Notes: a model not told the origin generated them from the sequence alone. A DNA stretch of 64,000 nucleotides from Ruminococcus sp. (GCA_031262105.1 JAISIH010000083.1:3219-67218), one strand, 5' to 3'. Positions 10,122-16,725 are shown, counted from the first letter of the stretch. Translations and numbers: made by a program.

Positions 10122-10829
10122 CTACACATTTTTATTTACGATCTTGTCTTGGTATGTTCCTGTCGCAATGTCAATATACCTTACAAAAAGGGAGATTTTA
10201 TTCGCTTCGTTTAGGTTATCCCACAAGCCCTGTGTAAATTCGCCGATGTCGTCGGGGATAGAAATTGCCGTCGGTTCGCCGGAGAAAACCTCAGGCGGGT
10301 TTCCGTCGCACTTATATGTATGGATAAAATGCCCGGTTCCCGCTACTGCCGGCTTGTATGTAAATAAGAAGCGATTGCAGGATTCGGGGTTGCCGCTTGC
10401 AGATTTTAGGATTGAGAGGGCATAGTTAAAATTATTATTCGTTAGCCTTATAATCCCGGAAATTCGCGGGGTATAGATCGGGGGGTCGGGTTCAAATTCC
10501 CGGCATTGTAAGCTTTCTTCAAAGGTTTTTTGAGCGTCGAGCCCGTTATAGATTGTGTCGGTCTGGTCGCCGTTCGTGACTATGGTCTTGTTCCCCAAAA
10601 CGCGAACGGCGTTATAGATTACAAGGCTCGGGTCGGACATCTTCGACGGGTCGAAAGCCTCTGTGCGTATGCCGTCGGCGGTTTTTACGAAGATTCTGTT
10701 GCGGCTGTTTTCACTCCTACCCATGATGAAATAGGCGGTTACAGCGTGCTTGCCGTCAGGGGTTGCTCCTATAATTATACCACGCCCGGGATAGCTATTA
10801 TTTGCAAGTAATTCTTTTATATCCTTCAT
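10122..10829 (-). CDS. IMP cyclohydrolase, PurO-like (archaeal type)
   Basis: About 235 aa, immediately upstream of the formyltransferase-only purH. N-terminal YPGRGIIIG-type sequence. The start is set at MKDIKEL (10829), so it does not overlap peptide gene P1. Confidence 0.7.
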   Translation of the reverse strand: MKDIKELLANNSYPGRGIIIGATPDGKHAVTAYFIMGRSENSRNRIFVKTADGIRTEAFDPSKMSDPSLVIYNAVRVLGNKTIVTNGDQTDTIYNGLDAQKTFEESLQCREFEPDPPIYTPRISGIIRLTNNNFNYALSILKSASGNPESCNRFLFTYKPAVAGTGHFIHTYKCDGNPPEVFSGEPTAISIPDDIGEFTQGLWDNLNEANKISLFVRYIDIATGTYQDKIVNKNV

Positions 10830-10845
10830 TTTTACCTTCTTTAAT

Positions 10846-11145
10846 TTACCAAGCCGCTTGATTCTGGCAGAAGAGTTCCTTTGTTTCCTCATCGAACACA
10901 CTCTTCATGCAAAGGCGGCATAGGCGGTTTTTATTATTAATGTTTGCCGCGTCGAAGTATTCGCAGGTTTCTGCTTTTTCGTTCGGGACGAGTTTATATT
11001 TGGGACCGTTGCAAAAAAGCCCGCCGCCCGTAACCGCGAGGTTTTCAAGCTCTTCGTCCGAAAGGGTTATGTATTTATCCGCCTGTTCGTCTGTAATTTC
11101 TATGCCGCGTTCACGCGCTTTCGCGATTAGTTCATCCTTTTTCAT
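10846..11145 (-). CDS. Array member P1: long-leader double-glycine Cys-rich precursor peptide (99 aa)
   Basis: Leader MKKDELIAKARERGIEITDEQADKYITLSDEELENLAVTGG. The core has C, CEYF, CRLC and C, and ends QAAW. Own GGAGG RBS. Confidence 0.8.
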   Translation of the reverse strand: MKKDELIAKARERGIEITDEQADKYITLSDEELENLAVTGGGLFCNGPKYKLVPNEKAETCEYFDAANINNKNRLCRLCMKSVFDEETKELFCQNQAAW

Positions 11146-11166
11146 GACGATACCTCCATGTAAATT

Positions 11167-11523
11167 CTACCAAGCTTTTTTATTAGTACAGAAGAGTTCC
11201 CCTGTTTCCAGATCGCGCGAACTACTTTTGCAGGCGCGGCATACGCGGGTTTCATTAAAAATGCTTGCCGAGTCGAAGTATTCGCAGTTTTTTGCCCTTT
11301 CGTTCGTGACCGGCTTAGAAAAGGATTCGCCGCAAATGTCCGCGCCGCCGACGATGTTTTCGAGTTCTTCGTCCGAAATAGACGAGTGCTTTATAACTCT
11401 GCCGCCCGAAACGGCGAAGCCTTCAAGCTGTTCATCCGAAAGCACGGAAAATTTCTCCGCCTGTTCGTCTGTGAGAGTTATGCCGCGTTCCGCCGCTTTT
11501 TTTATAAGTTCTTCCTTTTTCAT
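11167..11523 (-). CDS. Array member P2: precursor with two consecutive double-glycine leader motifs (118 aa)
   Basis: MKKEELIKKAAERGITLTDEQAEKFSVLSDEQLEGFAVSGG, then RVIKHSSISDEELENIVGG, then a core with C, CEYF, CRAC and C, ending KKAW. The start is taken at ATG 11523; the track begins at 11538. Confidence 0.75.
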   Translation of the reverse strand: MKKEELIKKAAERGITLTDEQAEKFSVLSDEQLEGFAVSGGRVIKHSSISDEELENIVGGADICGESFSKPVTNERAKNCEYFDSASIFNETRVCRACKSSSRDLETGELFCTNKKAW

Positions 11524-11544
11524 GATGCCGCCTTTCAAAAAGTT

Positions 11545-11862
11545 TTAGTCCGGGTAAGCTTCCTTGCTCTGACAGTAGCAGTATGAGTATTCAAGCCCGC
11601 GAACGGTGCGTTCTTTGGTATAGCAGTGCAGACAATAATTGCATTTGACCGGGTCGCTGTCGGTCGAGTCCGCTCTCCTTACGAAGTATGCGCAGGTTTT
11701 TGCTTCATTTGGGGCAACTCTTTTTCCGTCCTCGCCGCAGCCGCCCGCTACCGCGAGGTTTTCAAGCTCATCGTCCGAAAGGGTTATGTATTTATCCGCC
11801 TGTGTCTCGTCAATCGCTATGCCGCGATCACGCGCCTTTTTAATAAGGTCGTCTTTTTTCAT
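11545..11862 (-). CDS. Array member P3 (105 aa)
   Basis: Leader MKKDDLIKKARDRGIAIDETQADKYITLSDDELENLAVAGG. Core: C...CAYF...CNYCLHC...CYC. Confidence 0.8.
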   Translation of the reverse strand: MKKDDLIKKARDRGIAIDETQADKYITLSDDELENLAVAGGCGEDGKRVAPNEAKTCAYFVRRADSTDSDPVKCNYCLHCYTKERTVRGLEYSYCYCQSKEAYPD

Positions 11863-11880
11863 GATAAAAACCTCCTGTGC

Positions 11881-12198
11881 TTACATATAATTAGAATATA
11901 CGCCTATTTTGCAGTAACAATAGCTCATAGGATATGCGTAAACCCTTTCACTATGTTTGCACGAAAGACAGGTACCATCGTTCTCGTCGTCTTTTTTGCT
12001 GTAACTGGAACAGCGTTTTCCCTTGTTTACATCCTCAACTCTTACGCTGCCTTTCGACGGTTGGCATCGATCTATGCCGCCCGCAACCGCTAAGTTTTCA
12101 AGTTCTTCGTCGGAAAGGGTTATGTATTTGTCCGCCTGTGTCTCGTCGATTTCTATGCCGCGTTCACGCGCCATTTTGATAAGGTCTTCTTTTTTCAT
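11881..12198 (-). CDS. Array member P4 (105 aa)
   Basis: Leader MKKEDLIKMARERGIEIDETQADKYITLSDEELENLAVAGG. Core: C...CSSY...CLSC...CYC. Confidence 0.8.
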   Translation of the reverse strand: MKKEDLIKMARERGIEIDETQADKYITLSDEELENLAVAGGIDRCQPSKGSVRVEDVNKGKRCSSYSKKDDENDGTCLSCKHSERVYAYPMSYCYCKIGVYSNYM

Positions 12199-12214
12199 CT
12201 GTTTGTCCTCCTTC

Positions 12215-12532
12215 TTATTGCCACGCTTCCGCGCAGAGGCAGTAATTTTGTACTATGGGGATATCAAGACTCGGCATCAGGGTTATTGTATCAAAGTGAG
12301 TGCAATAGGTGCATTTTAGCCCTTCATTCGACGGCTTCGCGCTGACAAATTTAGTACAGGTTTGCGCGTAGTTAATATTGTCGAGTTTGTGTCTGTATTT
12401 TTCGTTGCAACCCCCCGCGACCGCAAGGTTTTCAAGCTCGTCATCCGAGAGGGCTATGTATTTATCCGCCTGTGTTTCGTCGATCGCTATGCCGCGTTCA
12501 TGTGCCTTCTTGATAAGGTCTTCTTTTTTCAT
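12215..12532 (-). CDS. Array member P5 (105 aa)
   Basis: Leader MKKEDLIKKAHERGIAIDETQADKYIALSDDELENLAVAGG. Core: C...CTKF...CTYC...CLCAEAWQ. Confidence 0.8.
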   Translation of the reverse strand: MKKEDLIKKAHERGIAIDETQADKYIALSDDELENLAVAGGCNEKYRHKLDNINYAQTCTKFVSAKPSNEGLKCTYCTHFDTITLMPSLDIPIVQNYCLCAEAWQ

Positions 12533-12556
12533 GAAAAATCCTCCTTTATTAATAGC

Positions 12557-12835
12557 TTAAAAAGTTCTTAACTGCGGGTCATGCTCCCAGCCTTTTTCTG
12601 CGCAGGTATGCACCCCGGACACATCTTTAATGTTCGGGCAATTTGTGCAGGTTGAAGTCTTCCAAAACTTCGCTTCGGTTATGCCTTGCGAACACTTTTC
12701 AAGGCAATAATCAGGACCTCCGCCGGCGATGTTTTCAAGCTCTTCGTCCGAGAGGTTTAGGTATTTCTCTGCCTCTGTCTCAGTCAGGGTTATTCCGCGA
12801 GCGGCGGCTTTTTTTATCAGGTCTTCTTTCGTCAT
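12557..12835 (-). CDS. Array member P6 (92 aa)
   Basis: Leader MTKEDLIKKAAARGITLTETEAEKYLNLSDEELENIAGGG. Core: CLEKC...CTNC...C. Confidence 0.8.
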   Translation of the reverse strand: MTKEDLIKKAAARGITLTETEAEKYLNLSDEELENIAGGGPDYCLEKCSQGITEAKFWKTSTCTNCPNIKDVSGVHTCAEKGWEHDPQLRTF

Positions 12836-12850
12836 GATTTCCCTCCGCGC

Positions 12851-13072
12851 TTATACATTTTTTGTACAATGATAGGTAGTGGCTTTGCCGAAACAACCTG
12901 CGGCTTCTACGTAAATGTAGGTGCAGTTATCGCACAGACGTTCGCTGGTCCCCGGCTTCGGCTCGAAGTATTTGCAGTTCTCCGCGATGTCGAATTTAAC
13001 TACAACCCTGTTTGCCCCCGCAGATATGTTTTCAAGTTCTTCATCGGAAAGGTTAATGTTTTCTTTTTTCAT
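12851..13072 (-). CDS. Array member P7: truncated leader (73 aa)
   Basis: MKKENINLSDEELENISAGA lacks the N-terminal helix and has Ala-Gly-Ala (ISAGA) instead of GG at the predicted site. Core: CKYF...CDNC...C...C. The start is set at 13072 to avoid overlap with P8. Confidence 0.7.
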   Translation of the reverse strand: MKKENINLSDEELENISAGANRVVVKFDIAENCKYFEPKPGTSERLCDNCTYIYVEAAGCFGKATTYHCTKNV

Positions 13073-13085
13073 AGTCAAAACCTCA

Positions 13086-13385
13086 CTAATTCCAAGCTTC
13101 TTCAAGGGTACACCAAAGGCTTGAGAGTGTTTCGGAGTCTATCCTTGCGTGGGAGCAATTGCCGCAAATTTGGACAGATCTCTTCGGATCGAAGACACTG
13201 TAGTAACGGCAAGTAAGTGCCTTGTTCCCGTCCGTTATTTCTTTTTTGAAACCGCAGAAGCCTCCGCCCGCTATGTCGAGGTTTTCGAGTTCCTCATCGG
13301 AGAGGTTAACGTACTTCTCCGCCTGTTCCTCGGTTAAGGCTACGCCCTGTTCTGCGGCTTTTTTTATAAGGTCGGACTTTTTCAT
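13086..13385 (-). CDS. Array member P8 (99 aa)
   Basis: Leader MKKSDLIKKAAEQGVALTEEQAEKYVNLSDEELENLDIAGGG. Core: C...CRYY...CGNC...C, ending EEAWN. Confidence 0.8.
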   Translation of the reverse strand: MKKSDLIKKAAEQGVALTEEQAEKYVNLSDEELENLDIAGGGFCGFKKEITDGNKALTCRYYSVFDPKRSVQICGNCSHARIDSETLSSLWCTLEEAWN

Positions 13386-13421
13386 AGCAAACCTCCTTTT
13401 AGTTAACCGGTGCTGTCCGGG

Positions 13422-13715
13422 TTATGCCCTGTAAGTTTTTATGACTGTCATCATCTGATCGCAATGCACAACGGTTGATATCGGTCTGCCGAGGCTATCG
13501 CAGGCACCATAATAGGGAACCTTTATCATCTTTTCCCCGCAGATTTCGCAAATAATATCCATATAAGGTTCAGTGCAAATATCATCCACAAGTCCGCCGC
13601 CGCCCACAATGTTCTCAAGCTCTTCTTCCGAAAGGTTTATGTACTTCTCCGCCTGTTCGTCGGTGAGGGTAATTCCGCGCTCACGCGCCTTTTTTATAAG
13701 GTCTTCTTTTTTCAT
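13422..13715 (-). CDS. Array member P9 (97 aa)
   Basis: Leader MKKEDLIKKARERGITLTDEQAEKYINLSEEELENIVGGGG. Core: C...CEIC...C...C. Confidence 0.8.
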   Translation of the reverse strand: MKKEDLIKKARERGITLTDEQAEKYINLSEEELENIVGGGGLVDDICTEPYMDIICEICGEKMIKVPYYGACDSLGRPISTVVHCDQMMTVIKTYRA

Positions 13716-13729
13716 GGTTTACCCTCCTG

Positions 13730-13957
13730 TTAATTCCACGCTTCTGCGCAGGTGCAATAAAGGCTGCTCGAGGTTCGTTTTACCTTTTTACAGCGGTCGC
13801 ACTGCTTATAATTTCTTTCTATGTCGGTTTCGTAGTAACTGCATTTTTCCGCTTCATAGCCCATGACATACTTATTAAATTTAACCGCCCCGCCCGAAAC
13901 GGTTAAGTTTTCAAGCTCCTCTTCCGATACAGCCGGTTTTTGTGCTTCTTTTTCCAT
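13730..13957 (-). CDS. Array member P10: second leader class (75 aa)
   Basis: Leader MEKEAQKPAVSEEELENLTVSGG. Core: CSYY...CDRC...CTCAEAWN. Confidence 0.75.
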   Translation of the reverse strand: MEKEAQKPAVSEEELENLTVSGGAVKFNKYVMGYEAEKCSYYETDIERNYKQCDRCKKVKRTSSSLYCTCAEAWN

Positions 13958-13978
13958 AAGTTTACCTCCGATAAAATA

Positions 13979-14272
13979 TTACACATTCCGTGCGAATAAA
14001 ACCATTCTGTTAACTTCGGTATTTGAGCAGAAAATCTGCCCGGTTTCATAATTACCGTAGTAGTCGCACGACCAGCAGTTTTGCTTCACGCCCGGCGTCG
14101 GATTTGCCCCGTGCCACTTGCCGCATATCATTCCGGCAGTATCGGCGTTGTTTATCAAGACAAACGAATCGTCGTACACCATCTCTCCGAATGCAGGAGA
14201 GCTCCCTGCGCCGCCGGCAACTGCGTCAAGCTCTTCTTCCGATACAGCCGGCTTTTGCACTTCTTTTTCCAT
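13979..14272 (-). CDS. Array member P11: second leader class (97 aa)
   Basis: Leader MEKEVQKPAVSEEELDAVAGG. Core: C...CWSC...C. The start is set at ATG 14272 (GGGAGGG RBS), 20 nt after the purN stop. The track ORF extends into purN. Confidence 0.7.
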   Translation of the reverse strand: MEKEVQKPAVSEEELDAVAGGAGSSPAFGEMVYDDSFVLINNADTAGMICGKWHGANPTPGVKQNCWSCDYYGNYETGQIFCSNTEVNRMVLFARNV

Positions 14273-14292
14273 GGTTTTACCCTCCCGTATTT

Positions 14293-14871
14293 CTATAACT
14301 TCGCACAAAGTTTTTCTACCGCTTCCGGCAGGATGACCCATTCTGCCTCTTCCATGACGCGTCTCTGTAACGTCTCGGGGGTGTCATTGTCCCTTACCTC
14401 GACCGCCTTTTGTGCCAGAATCGGTCCGCCGTCACATTCGGGCGTTACAATATGCACTGTCGCGCCGGTTATCTTTACGCCGCGTTTTAAGGCTTCTTCA
14501 TGCACCTTTAAGCCGTAATATCCGACGCCGCAAAAACTCGGGATTAACGCCGGGTGGACATTAACTATCCGCCCCTTGAAAACCGCGCAAAAGCTGTCGT
14601 CGAGGACTGTCATAAACCCCGCGAGGACTATTACGTCGATATCCTGCTCCAAAAAAAGCTGTATAAGTTCTTCGGAATAACTTTTGCTGTCGGGGAAATT
14701 CTTGCGCGGGAGGGTTAACGTCTTAATCCCGGCGTTCTCGGCGCGGGTTAAGGCAAAAGCCCCCTCCTTGCTCGAAACAACAAGAACAATCTCGCCGCTT
14801 TTTAGCTTATAGTCAATGAGTGCCTGTAAATTCGTTCCCCCGCCCGAGACCAAGACCGCTATTCTTTTCAT
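14293..14871 (-). CDS. purN: Phosphoribosylglycinamide formyltransferase
   Basis: MKRIAVLVSGGGTNLQALID start, NVHPALIP motif, position after purM. Confidence 0.9.
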   Translation of the reverse strand: MKRIAVLVSGGGTNLQALIDYKLKSGEIVLVVSSKEGAFALTRAENAGIKTLTLPRKNFPDSKSYSEELIQLFLEQDIDVIVLAGFMTVLDDSFCAVFKGRIVNVHPALIPSFCGVGYYGLKVHEEALKRGVKITGATVHIVTPECDGGPILAQKAVEVRDNDTPETLQRRVMEEAEWVILPEAVEKLCAKL

Positions 14872-14875
14872 AATC

Positions 14876-15916
14876 CTAAAGCCCGTTCACAACGATTTTT
14901 TCATCGCCGGTCGAGATTTCGCCCAAGACATAGCTTTCCTCGCCCGCCGCATTAAGGGTTGCAATAGCCCGCTCTGCATCTTCCGGCGCGGTAACAATTA
15001 CCATTCCCACGCCCATATTGAACGTGTTATACATATCGCGGATGGGTATCTTGCCCGTTTCCATAATCAGGTCGAAAATCGGGAGCGTTTTAACGTTCGC
15101 AATATCAATATTCGCGCAAAGCCCGTCTTTTATCGCACGGGGAATGTTCTCGAAAAAGCCGCCGCCGGTTATATTGGCGATGCCTTTAACGTTAACCTTC
15201 GAGATAAGCTCTAAAATCGGTTTAACGTAAATTTTCGTCGGGACCAAAAGCGCGTCGCCCAAGTTCTGCCCGATTTCGGAATAGTGGCGCGAGATGTTCT
15301 GGTGGTTAAGCGCGAAGACCTTCCGTACCAGCGAAAAGCCGTTTGAATGAAGCCCGGAAGACCGCACGGCAATTAAAACGTCGCCGGCTTTTTGCCCCTC
15401 GGTCGAGATTATCTTTTTCTTATCGACAATCCCGACAGCGAAACCGGCGATGTCGTATTCGTCCTCGGGATAAAAATCCGGCATCTCCGCCGTCTCCCCT
15501 CCGACGAGGGCGCATCCCGCCTGAACACAGCCGTCCGCAACGCCCTTCACAATCTGTTCAATCCGCAGCGGAATATTCTTCCCGCAGGCGATATAATCGA
15601 GGAAGAAAAGCGGTTTCGCTCCCGCGCAGATTATGTCATTAACACACATGGCAACCGCGTCAATCCCGATTGTGTTATGGCGGTCGGTTAAGAACGCCGC
15701 CTTGAGTTTTGTCCCCACGCCGTCGGTCCCCGAAACGAGGACAGGTTCTTCCATCCCGGCGAAATCCGGCGCGAAAAGCCCGCCGAAGCCGCCGATGTCC
15801 GTCAAAACCCCGGGAACGCGCGTTCTTGCGACGTGTTTTTTTATAAGTTCGGTCGATTCATACCCGGCGGTAATGTCCACGCCGGCTTCTTTATAACTAT
15901 CTGAAAAGCTGTACAT
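14876..15916 (-). CDS. purM: Phosphoribosylformylglycinamidine cyclo-ligase (AIR synthetase)
   Basis: YKEAGVDI, GIGGFGGLF-type and DGVGTK motifs; 346 aa. Confidence 0.95.
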   Translation of the reverse strand: MYSFSDSYKEAGVDITAGYESTELIKKHVARTRVPGVLTDIGGFGGLFAPDFAGMEEPVLVSGTDGVGTKLKAAFLTDRHNTIGIDAVAMCVNDIICAGAKPLFFLDYIACGKNIPLRIEQIVKGVADGCVQAGCALVGGETAEMPDFYPEDEYDIAGFAVGIVDKKKIISTEGQKAGDVLIAVRSSGLHSNGFSLVRKVFALNHQNISRHYSEIGQNLGDALLVPTKIYVKPILELISKVNVKGIANITGGGFFENIPRAIKDGLCANIDIANVKTLPIFDLIMETGKIPIRDMYNTFNMGVGMVIVTAPEDAERAIATLNAAGEESYVLGEISTGDEKIVVNGL

Positions 15917-15967
15917 TAAAATTATTTCCTTTATATGGTATTTTTGTTACGAAACTTTGTTAAATAT

Positions 15968-15996
15968 ATTATACGATATTAAATTTCATTTGTCAA
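15968..15996 (-). promoter_or_regulatory. Consensus sigma-A-type promoter for the purM operon
   Basis: On the minus strand: TTGACA (15996..15991), a 17-nt spacer, then TATAAT (15973..15968). It lies about 50 nt upstream of the purM ATG. Confidence 0.6.
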
Positions 15997-16068
15997 GGGG
16001 TTTTATGAAGTTTGAAGAAATCTTCTGCTTAAAAATTTTTTATTCGACAAAATTCGCCATATTTCCCC

Positions 16069-16097
16069 TTGACGGTAAGTTTTTTGGGGCGTATAAT
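16069..16097 (+). promoter_or_regulatory. Sigma-A-type promoter for the stefin-like gene
   Basis: TTGACG, a 17-nt spacer, then TATAAT. It lies about 45 nt upstream of ATG 16141. Confidence 0.55.
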
Positions 16098-16140
16098 TAT
16101 TTCAGCGAGACTAAATTAAACAATTTCGGAGGTAAAAATC

Positions 16141-16725
16141 ATGGGAACTACTATGCTTGCGGGCGGTTACAAAGTTGACATTGCTGTCGGAGCATTACCG
16201 CAGAAGGTTGCGACATACGGAATGGAAGTCTTAAACGATCTCGTCGGCGCGAAATATGAGCCGGTTGCTTATCTCGGGAGTCAGGTTGTTAACGGCATTA
16301 ACCATGCGATCCTTACCGTTCAGACGCTTGTGACCGCCTCACCTGTGAAATCGCTTCGCGTTGTTGTGCTTAACGAAAAGCCCTCTTCCGAAACAAAATC
16401 CGATTTCACAATCGTAACCATCGGCTCGCCGCTCCTTACATACGCTTCTCCCGGCATGACCGGCGGATATGCAGAGCCGGAAGATTTCGCGAAAACCGCC
16501 CCCGAAGCGGCTGCTCTTTGGAGCAAGTGCCGTCAGCCGATCGGCAAAACCTACGACACCAAGTGCGTTTTAGGCACACAGGTTGTTGCCGGGACAAATT
16601 ATGCTATCCTCGCCGAATCCAAGGTTGTTGCGCCCGGCGCGGTTGCCGAAGCTTCAATCCTCTACCTTTGGTCTAAACTCGACGGGACTGTTGAACTTAA
16701 TGATATTGCGGACATTGATTTTTAG
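16141..16725 (+). CDS. Tandem two-domain stefin/cystatin-like protein (putative cysteine-protease inhibitor), no signal peptide
   Basis: Two internal repeats, each with an N-terminal GGY and a QxVxG loop. These are QVVNG (nt 16282..16296) and QVVAGTNYAIL (nt 16579..), which is near-identical to the stefin QVVAGTNY signature. Confidence 0.6.
   Translation: MGTTMLAGGYKVDIAVGALPQKVATYGMEVLNDLVGAKYEPVAYLGSQVVNGINHAILTVQTLVTASPVKSLRVVVLNEKPSSETKSDFTIVTIGSPLLTYASPGMTGGYAEPEDFAKTAPEAAALWSKCRQPIGKTYDTKCVLGTQVVAGTNYAILAESKVVAPGAVAEASILYLWSKLDGTVELNDIADIDF

Noticed and set aside
10846-14272. Periodic repeats that could be mistaken for a CRISPR-like array
   Set aside because: The repeats are leader-coding segments of about 120 nt at an irregular period of roughly 240-380 nt. 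They are imperfect at the DNA level and each lies inside an ORF with an RBS. There are no short palindromic repeats and no cas genes.
10846-14272. Calling the array lanthipeptide, sactipeptide or SCIFF precursors
   Set aside because: No LanM/LanBC, radical-SAM/SPASM or other maturase gene is in the window. The cores are long and not Ser/Thr-rich. The class cannot be assigned from sequence alone, so I kept the neutral description of a double-glycine-leader Cys-rich peptide.
10907-14518. Long plus-strand ORFs across the peptide array (for example 10907..11548 at 213 aa, 11626..12093, 14081..14518) with recurring FSSSSSERVMYLSAC strings
   Set aside because: They are the antisense reading of the conserved leader repeats, and the recurring string is the reverse translation of LSDEELEN... 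They have no RBS, they overlap well-supported minus-strand genes, and their 'conservation' is fully explained by the sense strand.
15917-15967. Purine riboswitch or PurR box in the purM leader
   Set aside because: The leader between the predicted -10 and the ATG is only about 50 nt, too short for a purine aptamer. The best PurBox-like word (gtttcgtaac) matches the CCGAAC core poorly.
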